From Alphaproteobacteria bacterium (GTDB lineage Bacteria; Pseudomonadota; Alphaproteobacteria; UBA7887), in contig CBDEUQ010000003.1 of NCBI GenBank assembly GCA_965243325.1, positions 2,020,304 to 2,084,303 of the forward strand: a stretch of 64,000 nucleotides of DNA. The letters are read 5' to 3'. Below are positions 19,393 to 29,749 of this stretch, piece after piece. The position numbers and the translations under genes are program-made. Positions within the stretch are counted from its first letter, which is position 1. Each line of letters begins with the position of its first letter. The notes beneath the pieces were generated by a model. That model saw only the letters and a program-made list of their open reading frames with translations. It was not told the DNA's origin and ran no database searches.

Positions 19393-21510
19393 TCAGGCTG
19401 CCGCGACCTCGACGAGCGTGTCGGAAAAGGTCGGCGCGTTGCCGTAGTCGGCGAAGGCCGGCGGGTTGATCGCGTTCACCGTATAGCCGTTGCGGCTGCC
19501 CTTGACCCAGTAGCCCATGGGCGCGACGACGACGCCGGGCCGCGTGCTCGCGCTGACCTCGGCTACCGCGCGGAAATCGCCCCGGTCGTTGAACACCCGG
19601 ACCTCGCTGCCGCCGGCGATGCCGCGCGCTTCGGCGTCCGCCGGATTGATCGTCACCGTCTGCTCGCCGGCGTGATGCAGTTGCGTGCGCAGGTTGCCGT
19701 AGGACGAGTTCAGGAAGGCGTGGCTCTTGGGCGAGATCATGTTGAGCGGATAGCGGGCGGCGAGCGCCGGGTTGGTCTCCGGCGCCTCGTTCTGCGGCAC
19801 GAAGTCGGGCAGCGGATCGAGGGTTTCGCCCGGCTGGCCGGCGAGATAGCCCTGGCGGAACAGGGGCAGCACCATATTTCCGCCCGCCGCCATCGAGGAC
19901 TTGAACTCGAGCTTGCCCGACGGCGTCGGGAAGTTGCCCTCGCGGTGCGGCACGAAATCGTCGGGCGAGCCGACCTTGAGGCGTGCATAGCCGGTCTTGC
20001 GCAACCCGTCGAGATCGATGCCGTCGAGCACCGGGTTGCTCCAATCCAGCGCGTCGAGCGCCATTTCCTCGTCCGTGCGCCGCCAGTAGGGATCGTCGAA
20101 GCCCATGGCGCGGGCGAGCCGGCGGAACAGTTCGGTATTGGGCACCGCCTCGCCGCGCGGCGCGATAGCCGGCTCGTTCAGCGTGAGATACAGGTGGCCC
20201 CAGGAGAACATGAGGTCGAACTGTTCGAGCTGGGTCGTCGCCGGCAGGACGATATCTGCGTAGCGCGCGGTATCGGTGATGAAATGCTCGCTCACCACCG
20301 TGAACAGGTCGTCGCGCGCCAAGCCGCGCAGCACCTTGTCCTGCTCCGGCGCGACCACCGCAGGGTTGGAATTGTAGACGAACAGCGACGCGATATTCCG
20401 GCCGAGCTCGCCGGTCAGCGCCGGGCCGATCCGCCACTGGTTGAGCACCGGTGTGCCCTCGGGGATCCAGTCGGGCCGGCTGATGTCGTCCCACTTCATC
20501 GGGAAGGCCCAGATCGGCATGTGCAGGATGCCGCCGCCGCAACGGCGCCACGAGCCGACCAGTCCCGGAAGGCACGCCATTGCGCGCACCGCGTTGCCGC
20601 CCGAGGCATTGCGCTCGATCGCGACGCCCATGCGGATGACCGACGGCTGGACCGTGGCGAACTCGCGGGCGAGCGTGCGGATATCGTCGGCGTCCAGCCC
20701 GGTGACGGCCGCCACCCGGTCCGGCGGGAAGCCGGCCGCCCGGGCCTTCAACTCCTCGTAGCCGAGCGTGTATTTCGCAACATAGTCGTGGTCGACCAGG
20801 TCCTCGGCGACGATGACGTTGATCATGCCGAGCGCCAGGGCCGCATCGGTGCCCGGCCGGATCGGCAAGTGCCAGTCGGCCTGCCGGGCGGTCCGCGTCG
20901 CCACGGGATCGATCACCACAACCTTGGCTCCCCGGCGCTGGGCCTCGGCGATGAATGGCCAGTGGTGCAGGTTGTTGCTGATCGTGTTGATCGCCCACAG
21001 GACGATATAGCGCGAGTGGACGAAGCTTTCCGGATCCACCGCCGGGGTCGGGCCGCAAGTCATGAAGAAGGCGGTGATGGCGGCCGAGTCGCAAAAGGTC
21101 CGCTCGGAGACTGTTGCGCCGAGCCGGTTGAAGAAGGCGTCGCCGACGTTCAGCCCGTTCAAGATGCCCTCGGTGCCGAGATAGCTGTAGGGCAGGATGG
21201 CGGCCGGACCGTCGCGCGCGACGATCCGCTTCCAGCGGTTCGAGATTTCGTCGAGCGCCTCGTCCCAGCCGATCGGCACGAACTCGCCATCGCCCTTGGC
21301 GCCGGTGCGGCGCAGCGGAGCAAGCACCCGGTTCTCGCTGTAGACCCGGTTCTCGTAATCGTTGACCTTGACGCACAGGCCGCCCTGGGTGAACGGATGG
21401 TCCGGGTTGCCGCGCACATTGGCGACCTTGCCGTCGACGATCGTCGTGAGCATCGCACAAGTGTCGGGACAATCGTGCGGACAGGCGCTGAACACCGTTT
21501 TTTCGTTCAT
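19393..21510 (-). CDS. Molybdopterin-dependent oxidoreductase (MopB superfamily, FdhF/NasA-like) with an N-terminal Fe-S motif
   Basis: ATG at 21510 with ggagg RBS. MNEKTVFSACPHDCPDTCAML... (C-x2-C-x3-C). 706 aa with molybdopterin-binding regions throughout. Confidence 0.8.
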   Translation of the reverse strand: MNEKTVFSACPHDCPDTCAMLTTIVDGKVANVRGNPDHPFTQGGLCVKVNDYENRVYSENRVLAPLRRTGAKGDGEFVPIGWDEALDEISNRWKRIVARDGPAAILPYSYLGTEGILNGLNVGDAFFNRLGATVSERTFCDSAAITAFFMTCGPTPAVDPESFVHSRYIVLWAINTISNNLHHWPFIAEAQRRGAKVVVIDPVATRTARQADWHLPIRPGTDAALALGMINVIVAEDLVDHDYVAKYTLGYEELKARAAGFPPDRVAAVTGLDADDIRTLAREFATVQPSVIRMGVAIERNASGGNAVRAMACLPGLVGSWRRCGGGILHMPIWAFPMKWDDISRPDWIPEGTPVLNQWRIGPALTGELGRNIASLFVYNSNPAVVAPEQDKVLRGLARDDLFTVVSEHFITDTARYADIVLPATTQLEQFDLMFSWGHLYLTLNEPAIAPRGEAVPNTELFRRLARAMGFDDPYWRRTDEEMALDALDWSNPVLDGIDLDGLRKTGYARLKVGSPDDFVPHREGNFPTPSGKLEFKSSMAAGGNMVLPLFRQGYLAGQPGETLDPLPDFVPQNEAPETNPALAARYPLNMISPKSHAFLNSSYGNLRTQLHHAGEQTVTINPADAEARGIAGGSEVRVFNDRGDFRAVAEVSASTRPGVVVAPMGYWVKGSRNGYTVNAINPPAFADYGNAPTFSDTLVEVAAA

Positions 21511-21745
21511 CGTATTCCTCCATACCCGAGACGCGGCCCGATATCGGCGCGAGAAGATACCGGCGGGCAAGCCTAGCGCGCGGCTAGGCCGGCCGGCATT
21601 GCGACAGCCTGCCGTTCCGTTACAGTTTTTTGCTCTTTTTCGGCGGGCTCCAGCGTTGTTGTTGACCGGCATTCCCGGGCAGTGCCACGCTTTCGTCGCG
21701 ACTCCAGGCGTCAGCGCACCGGGCCGGGCGCGGGAAGGAGGCGGC

Positions 21746-22642
21746 GTGGTCAGGTTGGCCGGACACGGCCGGGCGAAATACACCACGGGAACGCTGCTCG
21801 GCAGCAGCCGCGGCCGGGGCTGGGGTGGGCTGCTGGCCGAACGCTGGAGCCATACCGAAGGCGACCTCGGCGAGGTCCGGCCGCGCGAAACCGAAATCGT
21901 CGTCATGCTCGAAGGCCGGGTCCACGTCCGGCGGCGCGGCGACGGGCGGCTTCAGCATCACGATGCGGTGCCCGGCACGATCTGGCTGTGCCCGGCCGGG
22001 ATTCGCGAGGACATGATCCATATCTACGGCGAGATTCCGGAGACCGTGCATCTCTATCTGCCGGCCGCGCCGCTGTCGGCGACCGCCCTGCGTGAACTCG
22101 ATCTCGATCCCGACGCCGTCGGCCTGCACTATGACGGCGGCTTCCGCGATCCGCTGATCGAGCAGATCGCCCGATCGGCCCGGGCCGAGATGATCGCTCC
22201 GGCGCCCGGCGGCAGGATGCTGGTGGAGACCCTGGCGTCCGCGCTCGGCGTTCAGATCTTGCGGCGCCATTCAAACCTGAGTCCGGCTGCGGTGGCGCTG
22301 CCGAGCGTCCGCGGCGCGCTCGACTCCCGGCGGCTCAAGCGGGTCGTCGAGCATGTCGAGGCCCATCTCGGCGAGGATCTGACCGTTGAGGCGCTCGCCA
22401 GCGTAGCCTGTCTCAGCCCATATCATTTCGCCCGCGCCTTCAAGGCGGCGACCGGATCGGCGCCGCACCGTTACCTCACCGACCGCCGCATCGGCCGCGC
22501 CCGGGCACTGCTGGCCGAGGGCCGGTTGCCGCTCACCGAAATAGCCGAAATCTGCGGGTTCTCCTCCCAGCCGCATTTCACCTACTGGTTCAAGCGCCTC
22601 GTCGGCATCACGCCGGGCGCCTACCGGGCGGAGCGCGCCTGA
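21746..22642 (+). CDS. AraC-family transcriptional regulator (N-terminal cupin-like sensing domain, C-terminal HTH)
   Basis: Track ORF 21362..22642. A GTG at 21746 behind a gaaggagg RBS gives about 298 aa. The C-terminus ...LTVEALASVACLSPYHFARAFKAATGSAPHRYLTDRRIGRARALL... is a classic AraC HTH. Confidence 0.7.
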   Translation: MVRLAGHGRAKYTTGTLLGSSRGRGWGGLLAERWSHTEGDLGEVRPRETEIVVMLEGRVHVRRRGDGRLQHHDAVPGTIWLCPAGIREDMIHIYGEIPETVHLYLPAAPLSATALRELDLDPDAVGLHYDGGFRDPLIEQIARSARAEMIAPAPGGRMLVETLASALGVQILRRHSNLSPAAVALPSVRGALDSRRLKRVVEHVEAHLGEDLTVEALASVACLSPYHFARAFKAATGSAPHRYLTDRRIGRARALLAEGRLPLTEIAEICGFSSQPHFTYWFKRLVGITPGAYRAERA

Positions 22643-22876
22643 CCCGCCCCTCGCCGACACGGCGATATCCGAAGAAAAATCAGTTCTTTAGGCCAAAATA
22701 GCTCCAGAAATTCAGGTTCGCGCCCGATTGCCGCCCCGATGCCCGGCCTGGGGTTGGAACGAACATCGGAGCGCCCGCGAGCATGATGGTCATGAATCGA
22801 CCACCTTGATTTCATGTTGTCCATTTGTTGGGCAGTTGTGGCGGGGCGCGACGCGGAGCCGGCGGCATCATGCAGT

Positions 22877-22892
22877 TGGCACGCCCGTTGCA
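22877..22892 (+). promoter_or_regulatory. Sigma-54 (RpoN) -24/-12 promoter upstream of urtA
   Basis: TGGCACgcccgTTGCA matches TGGCAC-N5-TTGCW exactly. It lies about 45 bp upstream of the urtA ATG (22937). Confidence 0.6.
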
Positions 22893-22936
22893 CGAGAGCG
22901 GGCAGGTGCAATTCGTCCCCTGTTGGAGGTGACCCG

Positions 22937-24226
22937 ATGAAAACGTTCCTCTCGTCCCGCCCGCGGCGTGCGGCGGCGCTGGCCTGTGCGGCGGCGCTTG
23001 CCGCCGCGCCCGCGGTGGCGGAAGACCCGATCAAGATCGGCGTGCTGCATTCGCTCTCCGGTACGATGGCCATCAGCGAAACGACGCTCAAGGACACGGT
23101 GCTGATGATGGTCGGCGATCTCAATGCCTCGGGCGGACTGCTCGGCCGGACGGTGGAAGCGGTCGTCGTCGATCCCGCGTCCGACTGGCCGCTGTTCGCC
23201 GAAAAGGCGCGCGAGCTGATCGAGAAGGAAGACGTCGCCGCGGTCTTCGGGTGCTGGACCTCGGTGTCGCGCAAGTCCGTGCTGCCGGTGTTCGAGGAGC
23301 TCAATGGCCTTCTGTTCTACCCGGTGCAGTACGAGGGCGAGGAAAGCTCGCGCAACGTCTTCTACACCGGTGCGGCGCCCAACCAGCAGGCGATTCCGGC
23401 GGTCGAGTATCTCATGAGCGAGGAGGGCGGCGGCGCCGAGCGCTGGGTGCTGCTCGGCACCGACTACGTCTATCCGCGCACGACCAACAAGATCCTGCGC
23501 GCCTTCCTCCACGCCAACGGCGTCGACGACTCCGACATCATGGAGGAGTACACCCCGTTCGGCCACTCCGACTGGCAGACGATCGTCGCCGCGGTCAGCG
23601 ACTTCGCGTCCGCCGGTAAGCCGACCGCCGTCGTGTCGACGATCAACGGAGACGCGAACGTGCCGTTCTACAAGGAGCTCGCCAACCAGGGCATCAGCGC
23701 CGAGGACATTCCGGTCGTCGCCTTCTCGGTGGGCGAGGAGGAGCTGTCCGGCCTCGACACCGAACCGCTCGTCGGCCATCTCGCCGCGTGGAACTACTTC
23801 ATGTCGGTCGACGCCGAGGAGAACGACGCGTTCATCGACAAGTGGCACGCCTTCATCGGCGACGACGAGCGCGTCGTCAACGACCCGATGGAAGCCCACT
23901 ACATCGGATTCCAGATGTGGGCGCAGGCGGTGCGCCAGGCCGGCTCGACGGACGTCGATGCGGTCCGCCAGGCGATGTACGGGCAGACGGTCACCGCCCT
24001 GTCCGGCTACGAAGTCACGATGAACGTCAATCACCACCTGTCGAAGCCGGTGATGATCGGCGAGATCCAGGACGACGGCCAGTTCGACATCGTCTGGGAG
24101 ACCGGCGACGTCGTGGTCGGCGACGCCTGGAGCGACTTCATTCCGGAGAGCGCGAGGCTCACCGCGGACTGGACGTTCCCGTGGGTCTGCGGCAACTGCG
24201 AAGCGCCGACGTACGCGCTCAACTGA
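22937..24226 (+). CDS. urtA: Urea ABC transporter substrate-binding protein
   Basis: Start at 22937 behind a ggaggtga RBS. Signal peptide MKTFLSSRPRRAAALACAAALAAAPAVA, then ...IKIGVLHSLSGTMAISE... (UrtA / Leu-Ile-Val-binding fold). First gene of urtABCDE. Confidence 0.9.
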   Translation: MKTFLSSRPRRAAALACAAALAAAPAVAEDPIKIGVLHSLSGTMAISETTLKDTVLMMVGDLNASGGLLGRTVEAVVVDPASDWPLFAEKARELIEKEDVAAVFGCWTSVSRKSVLPVFEELNGLLFYPVQYEGEESSRNVFYTGAAPNQQAIPAVEYLMSEEGGGAERWVLLGTDYVYPRTTNKILRAFLHANGVDDSDIMEEYTPFGHSDWQTIVAAVSDFASAGKPTAVVSTINGDANVPFYKELANQGISAEDIPVVAFSVGEEELSGLDTEPLVGHLAAWNYFMSVDAEENDAFIDKWHAFIGDDERVVNDPMEAHYIGFQMWAQAVRQAGSTDVDAVRQAMYGQTVTALSGYEVTMNVNHHLSKPVMIGEIQDDGQFDIVWETGDVVVGDAWSDFIPESARLTADWTFPWVCGNCEAPTYALN

Positions 24227-24263
24227 GCCGGGCTCCGCGCGAATCCCTTTCCGCAAGCAAGTG

Positions 24264-24286
24264 AGCGGGCCGGCTGCCGGCCCGCT
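24264..24286 (+). terminator. Hairpin between urtA and urtB, a candidate partial terminator or attenuator
   Basis: agcgggccgg-ctg-ccggcccgct, a 10-bp GC stem, followed by a pyrimidine-rich tcctTcc rather than a clean T-run. Confidence 0.35.
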
Positions 24287-24314
24287 TCCTTCCCCAACTT
24301 TTCCGGTGTTCGCC

Positions 24315-25958
24315 ATGCCGCTGCGCACCGCCTGCCGCCCGTTCGTCGCCCTTGCGCTGCTGTGCCTGTCCGCAGGCGCGGCGGCGCAGGAAGGCGGTAT
24401 AGCGCCGTTGATCGAGGGCCTCGCGGCGAAGGGATTTGCCGACAAGGTGTCGGCGGTCGAGGCGCTGGCGCGCAGCGGCCACGAGCGCGCCGGCCCCATC
24501 CTGCAAGGTCTGCTCGACGGGCGTCTGTTCCGCGTCAAGGCCGACGATCGCATCGTTTTCGCCGACAGGATCGAGGGCGGCTACCGGCTGCTCGATCCGC
24601 TGAGCGAGGCGCTCCTCGGCGAGGTCGGGCGCCGCGACGTGCGGAAAATCAAGGCCAACAACAAGCTGAGGGGCGTCCTGCGCGGCGCCCTCGGGGCGCT
24701 CACCCTGCGCCACCCCGAACCCGAACGCCGCATCGCCGCCGCCGACGCGATGTTCAAGGCGCCGAGCGCCGACGTGCTCGGGTTGCTCGAGGCGGCGCTG
24801 GCCGACGAGACGGATACGGAGGTGGCCGAGCGCCTGCGCCGCGCGCTCGCCGGCGGGCGTCTCGCCGCGAGCGACGACTCGACGGCGCGCATCGCCGCGC
24901 TGGCGACGCTGGCCGAGTTCGTGGACACCGACGTGCGCACGCTGGTCGCGAGCGTGCTGGTGACCGGGGACGACGGCGCGCCGGACGAGCCCGACGACGC
25001 CGTGCGCGCCGCCGCCGCCGAAGCGCTCGAGACGATCGACGACTCGATCGCTCGCTGGCAGCTGGTCGGCAGCCTGTTCCAGGGTGCGAGCCTCGGTTCG
25101 GTGCTGCTGCTCGCCGCCATCGGCCTCGCCATCACCTTCGGCGTGATGGGAGTCATCAACATGGCGCACGGCGAGATGGTCATGCTGGGCGCCTACACTA
25201 CCTTCGTGGTGCAGGAGGTGTTCCGGACGCATTTCGCCGCCGCCTTCGATTATTCGCTGTTCGTGGCACTGCCCGCCGCCTTCCTCCTCGTCGGCGCCAT
25301 CGGCGTCGCCGTCGAGCGCGGAATCATCCGCTTTCTCTACGGCCGGCCGCTGGAGACGCTGCTGGCGACGTGGGGCCTGAGCCTCGTTCTCCAGCAGGCG
25401 GTGCGCACCGTGTTCGGCCCGACCAACCGGGAGGTCGGCAATCCGGCGTTCATGACCGGCGCCATCGAGCTCGCCGGCGGTGTCGTGCTCACCTGGAACC
25501 GCATCTGGATCATCGTCTTCGCGCTCGTCGTCTTCGGCCTGCTGATCGCGGTCATCGCGCGCACGCCGTTCGGCCTCAGGATGCGCGCGGTGACGCAGAA
25601 CCGCGCCATGGCGGCGAACATGGGAATCCGCACCGGCTGGGTCGACGCGCTGACCTTCGGACTGGGATGCGGAATCGCCGGCATGGCCGGCGTGGCGCTG
25701 AGCCAGATCGACAACGTGAGCCCCAACCTGGGGCGCGGCTACATCGTCGATTCGTTCATGGTCGTGGTGTTCGGCGGCGTCGGCAACCTGTGGGGCACCT
25801 TTGTCGGCGCCTTGAGCCTCGGCGTCGCCAACAAGTTTCTCGAGCCGTACGCCGGCGCCGTCCTCGGCAAGATCCTGATCCTCGTGGCGATCATCCTGTT
25901 CATCCAGAAGCGGCCGCGCGGCCTGTTCGCGCTCAAGGGCCGCGCAGTGGAAAGTTGA
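24315..25958 (+). CDS. urtB: Urea ABC transporter permease with the long N-terminal periplasmic extension typical of UrtB
   Basis: Track ORF 24261..25958. Probable start MPLRTACRPF... at 24315. The C-terminal half is a branched-chain-type ABC permease (...LGVMGVINMAHGEMVMLGAY...). Confidence 0.85.
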   Translation: MPLRTACRPFVALALLCLSAGAAAQEGGIAPLIEGLAAKGFADKVSAVEALARSGHERAGPILQGLLDGRLFRVKADDRIVFADRIEGGYRLLDPLSEALLGEVGRRDVRKIKANNKLRGVLRGALGALTLRHPEPERRIAAADAMFKAPSADVLGLLEAALADETDTEVAERLRRALAGGRLAASDDSTARIAALATLAEFVDTDVRTLVASVLVTGDDGAPDEPDDAVRAAAAEALETIDDSIARWQLVGSLFQGASLGSVLLLAAIGLAITFGVMGVINMAHGEMVMLGAYTTFVVQEVFRTHFAAAFDYSLFVALPAAFLLVGAIGVAVERGIIRFLYGRPLETLLATWGLSLVLQQAVRTVFGPTNREVGNPAFMTGAIELAGGVVLTWNRIWIIVFALVVFGLLIAVIARTPFGLRMRAVTQNRAMAANMGIRTGWVDALTFGLGCGIAGMAGVALSQIDNVSPNLGRGYIVDSFMVVVFGGVGNLWGTFVGALSLGVANKFLEPYAGAVLGKILILVAIILFIQKRPRGLFALKGRAVES

Positions 25959-25962
25959 CGGC

Positions 25963-27111
25963 GTGATCGGGGCGCTGACCGGAGTGCGCGCCGACGGCGG
26001 CGCCGGCGTGCGGATCACGGCGCTGCTGCTGCTCGCCGCCACCATCGCGGTGCCGCTGCTCAACCGCTACGCGCCGGCGGACTCGGCGCTGCACTTGCCC
26101 ACCTACATGGTGAGCCTGCTCGGCAAGTACCTCTGCTTCGCCCTGCTGGCGCTCAGCGTCGACCTGATCTGGGGCTACTGCGGCATCCTCAGCCTCGGCC
26201 ACGGCGCCTTCTTCGCCCTCGGCGGCTACGCCATGGGCATGCATCTGATGCGCCAGATCGGCGACCGCGGCGTGTACGGCCACCCGGAGCTGCCGGACTT
26301 CATGGTGTTCCTCGACTGGAGCGAACTGCCCTGGTACTGGTACGGGTTCGACAGCTTCGCCTTTGCCGCGCTCATGGTGATGCTCGTGCCCGGCGCGCTG
26401 GCGTTCGCCTTCGGCTGGTTCGCCTTCCGCTCGCGCGTCACTGGCGTCTACCTGTCGATCATCACCCAGGCGATGACGTTCGCGCTGATGCTCGCGTTCT
26501 TCCGCAACGACATGGGCTTCGGCGGCAACAACGGCCTGACCGATTTCAAGGACCTGCTGGGGATGGATCTGCAGGACGACGCGACCCGCCGCGGCATTTT
26601 CGTCGCCACGGGCGCGGCGTTGATCGCCGGGCTCCTCGTCTGCCGGTTCATCGTCGCCTCGCGGCTCGGTCGGGTGCTCGTCGCGATCCGCGACGCCGAG
26701 AGCCGCACCCGATTCCTCGGCTACCGCGATGCCTGGTACAAGCTGTTCGTCTTCGTCGTCTCGGCGGCGATCGCGGGCATCGCCGGGGCGCTCTACGTGC
26801 TGCAGGTCGGAATCATCAACCCCGGCGAGTTTTCGCCCGCCAACTCGATCGAGATCGTCGTCTGGGTCGCGGTGGGCGGCCGCGGCACGCTCTACGGCGC
26901 GATCCTCGGCGCGATCCTGGTCAACTACGCCAAGAGCTACTTCACCGGCGCGCTGCCCGAGGTCTGGCTGTTCGTGCTCGGCGGGCTGTTCATCGGCTCG
27001 ACGCTCTTCCTGCCCAAGGGACTCGTCGGCGCGCTGGCGCGGGTGCCGGCGCTCGCCTGGCCGAGCCGGCGGCCGCGCGCGCCGGCCCCGGGAACAGAGG
27101 CGCATGGCTAA
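25963..27111 (+). CDS. urtC: Urea ABC transporter permease
   Basis: 382 aa LivM-like permease (...LSLGHGAFFALGGYAMG...). 4-nt gap after urtB. Confidence 0.85.
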   Translation: MIGALTGVRADGGAGVRITALLLLAATIAVPLLNRYAPADSALHLPTYMVSLLGKYLCFALLALSVDLIWGYCGILSLGHGAFFALGGYAMGMHLMRQIGDRGVYGHPELPDFMVFLDWSELPWYWYGFDSFAFAALMVMLVPGALAFAFGWFAFRSRVTGVYLSIITQAMTFALMLAFFRNDMGFGGNNGLTDFKDLLGMDLQDDATRRGIFVATGAALIAGLLVCRFIVASRLGRVLVAIRDAESRTRFLGYRDAWYKLFVFVVSAAIAGIAGALYVLQVGIINPGEFSPANSIEIVVWVAVGGRGTLYGAILGAILVNYAKSYFTGALPEVWLFVLGGLFIGSTLFLPKGLVGALARVPALAWPSRRPRAPAPGTEAHG

Positions 27112-27904
27112 CGTCGGCCACCGCGTTCGCGAGCCGAAGAGCGTCGTCGCCGAGGCGCCGCGCGCGGGCGACACGCTGCTCTATCTCGACAGCGTGACCG
27201 TCACCTTCGACGGCTTCAGGGCGCTGAACGATCTGAGCTTCTATGCTCAGGCGCGGCGCATGGAAGCGGTGATCGGCCCCAACGGCGCCGGCAAGACGAC
27301 GATGATGGACGTCATCAGCGGCAAGACCAGACCCGACCGCGGCCGGCTCCTGTTCCGCGGCGACATCGACCTGACGCGGCTGGACGAGGCGGCGATCGCC
27401 AATCTCGGCATCGGCCGCAAGTTCCAGAAGCCGACGGTGTTCGAGAGCCATACGGTGTTCGACAACCTCGAGCTCGCTGCGAAGGGCGGCCGCAACCCGT
27501 TCCGCTCGCTGTTCGCCAGACTCGGGCCCGACCGCCGCGCCCGCATCGAGGAAGTTCTCGGCGTCGTCGGGCTGGCCGGCCGCGAAACCGACCTCGCCGG
27601 CTCGCTGTCGCACGGCCAGAAGCAGTGGCTCGAAATCGGCATGCTGCTGATGCAGGACCCGGAGCTGCTGATGGTGGACGAACCCGCGGCCGGCATGACC
27701 GACGCCGAAACCGAGGCGACGGCGCGGCTGCTCAAGCGCATCGCCCGCACCCGTTCGGTGCTCGTCGTCGAGCACGACATGGATTTCATTCGCTCGCTGG
27801 AGACGCGCGTGACGGTCATGCACGAGGGCTCCGTCATCGCCCAGGGCAGCATGGAAAGCGTGCAGAACGACGACCGCGTCATCGAAATCTACCTCGGGCG
27901 CTGA
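27104..27904 (+). CDS. urtD: Urea ABC transporter ATP-binding protein
   Basis: ATG at 27104, in frame inside track ORF 26729..27904. Walker A GPNGAGKTT. ABC signature LSHGQKQWLEIG. Walker B LLMVDEP. Confidence 0.85.
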   Translation: MANVGHRVREPKSVVAEAPRAGDTLLYLDSVTVTFDGFRALNDLSFYAQARRMEAVIGPNGAGKTTMMDVISGKTRPDRGRLLFRGDIDLTRLDEAAIANLGIGRKFQKPTVFESHTVFDNLELAAKGGRNPFRSLFARLGPDRRARIEEVLGVVGLAGRETDLAGSLSHGQKQWLEIGMLLMQDPELLMVDEPAAGMTDAETEATARLLKRIARTRSVLVVEHDMDFIRSLETRVTVMHEGSVIAQGSMESVQNDDRVIEIYLGR

Positions 27905-27906
27905 AC

Positions 27907-28602
27907 GTGCTGTCGGTCGAATCCGTCGATCTCCACTACGGCGCGAGCCGCGCCCTGAGGGCGGTAGACCTGCAGGCCGCGGTCGGCGAGGTGACGTGCG
28001 TGCTGGGCCGCAACGGGGTCGGCAAGACCAGTCTGCTGCGCGCCGTCGTCGGCCAGCATCCGATCAGCGGCGGGCGCATCGTCTGGCGCGGGCGCGACAT
28101 CTCGCGCGCCCCCGCGCATGCGCGGGCGGCGGCGGGGATCGCCTACGTGCCGCAGGGGCGGGAGATTTTCCCGCTGCTCACGGTCGAGGAGAACCTGCGC
28201 ACGGGCTTCGCCGCCCTGCCGCGCGCCGAGCGCGCGCTCCCCGAGCGCGTCTTCGAGCTGTTTCCCGTGCTTCGGCGCATGCTGCGGCGCCGCGGCGGCG
28301 ACCTGTCGGGCGGCCAGCAGCAGCAGCTGGCGATCGCCCGGGCGCTGGTCATGCGGCCGAAGCTGCTCGTGCTGGACGAGCCGACCGAAGGGATACAGCC
28401 GTCGATCATCAAGGACATCGAGCGGGTGATCGTCGTGCTGCGCGATTCCGGCGACATGGCGATCCTGCTCGTCGAGCAGTACCTGGATTTCGCCCGGCGC
28501 CTCGCCGACCGCTTCGCGGTGCTGAACCGCGGCGAGGTGGTGGCCGACGGCACGGCCGAACGCCTCACCGACGCCGATGTCCTCCGCCATCTCACTGTCT
28601 GA
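27907..28602 (+). CDS. urtE: Urea ABC transporter ATP-binding protein
   Basis: GTG at 27907, in frame inside track ORF 27625..28602. Walker A GRNGVGKTS. Signature LSGGQQQQLAIARAL. Walker B LLVLDEP. Confidence 0.8.
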   Translation: MLSVESVDLHYGASRALRAVDLQAAVGEVTCVLGRNGVGKTSLLRAVVGQHPISGGRIVWRGRDISRAPAHARAAAGIAYVPQGREIFPLLTVEENLRTGFAALPRAERALPERVFELFPVLRRMLRRRGGDLSGGQQQQLAIARALVMRPKLLVLDEPTEGIQPSIIKDIERVIVVLRDSGDMAILLVEQYLDFARRLADRFAVLNRGEVVADGTAERLTDADVLRHLTV

Positions 28603-29416
28603 GGGGCGCTGCGCCCGGACCCTGCCGGCCACGGTCGGCGGGCTCGACATCGTCGCCGACGGCGGCGTGCACGCGCGCCGCCAGAACGCGCCGCTGCGGC
28701 TGTTCCGCCCGCACGCGGCGGCGGGCGAGCCGCCGACGGGCATCGTCGCCAACGTGTCCGGCGGCATTCTCGGCGGCGACCGCCTGAGTCTTTCGGTGGC
28801 CGCCCGCGGCGACGCGCTGATCACCGGGCAGGCGGCGGAAAAGGTCTACCGCTCCGCCGGCGCGATGGCGCGCGTCCGCACCGACCTCGCGATCGGCGCT
28901 GGTGCGGCGCTCGAATGGTTGCCGCAGGGCACCATCCTGTTCGACGGGGCGCGGCTCGACCGCGGGACGACGGTCCGCGCGGCGCCGGGCGGGCGCTGCC
29001 TCGCCGGCGAGATCCTGGTCTTCGGCCGTGTCGGGATGGGCGAGACCCTCTGCCGCGGCGCGATCCGCGACCGCTGGCGCGTCGAGCGCGGCGGCCGGCC
29101 GCTGTGGATCGACGCGCTGCGGCTCGAAGGCGACATCGGCGCGCGCATGGCGGCGCCGTACGGCTTCGCCGGCGCGTGCGCCCAGGCCACCGTGCTCTAC
29201 GTTGCCGACGACGCGGCCGCGTGCGTCGACCGCGCGCGCGACCTGATGGCCCGGGCCGGGCGCGCCGCGGCGACCGTGGTGGGCGGCGTGCTGATCGCGC
29301 GCTGGCTGAGCGCCGATCCGGCGGCGGCGCGCGCCGCCTTCGGGCGCTTCTGGCGCGCCTTCCGCGCCGAGGTGCTCGGTCGGCCGGCGCGCCTGCCCGC
29401 GGTGTGGCACGTTTGA
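28577..29416 (+). CDS. ureD: Urease accessory protein UreD (UreH)
   Basis: 279 aa, UreD-like. First gene of a contiguous ureDABCEFG block. Confidence 0.8.
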   Translation: MSSAISLSEGRCARTLPATVGGLDIVADGGVHARRQNAPLRLFRPHAAAGEPPTGIVANVSGGILGGDRLSLSVAARGDALITGQAAEKVYRSAGAMARVRTDLAIGAGAALEWLPQGTILFDGARLDRGTTVRAAPGGRCLAGEILVFGRVGMGETLCRGAIRDRWRVERGGRPLWIDALRLEGDIGARMAAPYGFAGACAQATVLYVADDAAACVDRARDLMARAGRAAATVVGGVLIARWLSADPAAARAAFGRFWRAFRAEVLGRPARLPAVWHV

Positions 29417-29434
29417 CGACCGGAGGAGGCGCGG

Positions 29435-29737
29435 ATGAATCTGACCCCGCGAGAGAAGGACAAGCTGCTGGTGGCGATGGCGGCCTCGGTGGCGCGGCGC
29501 CGGCTGGAGCGCGGCGTCAGGCTCAATCACCCCGAGGCGGTGGCGCTGATCACCGACTTCGTGGTCGAGGGCGCACGCGACGGGCGCACGGTGGCGGCGC
29601 TGATGACCGCCGGCGCCGAGGTGCTCCGGCGCGACCAGGTGATGGAGGGCGTGCCCGAGATGATCGGCGAAATCCAGGTCGAGGCGACGTTCCCCGACGG
29701 CACCAAGCTCGTCACCGTGCACCAACCGATTCGATAG
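29435..29737 (+). CDS. ureA: Urease gamma subunit
   Basis: 100 aa [39 protein letters not shown]..., a near-canonical UreA. Confidence 0.95.
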   Translation: MNLTPREKDKLLVAMAASVARRRLERGVRLNHPEAVALITDFVVEGARDGRTVAALMTAGAEVLRRDQVMEGVPEMIGEIQVEATFPDGTKLVTVHQPIR

Positions 29738-29749
29738 GGGGGCCGATCC

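Noticed and set aside
21511-21745. Divergent intergenic region between the molybdopterin oxidoreductase and the AraC gene, scanned for a sigma-54 promoter or palindromic operator
   Set aside because: Only a loose tgccac element. No TGGCAC-N5-TTGC match and no clear palindrome.
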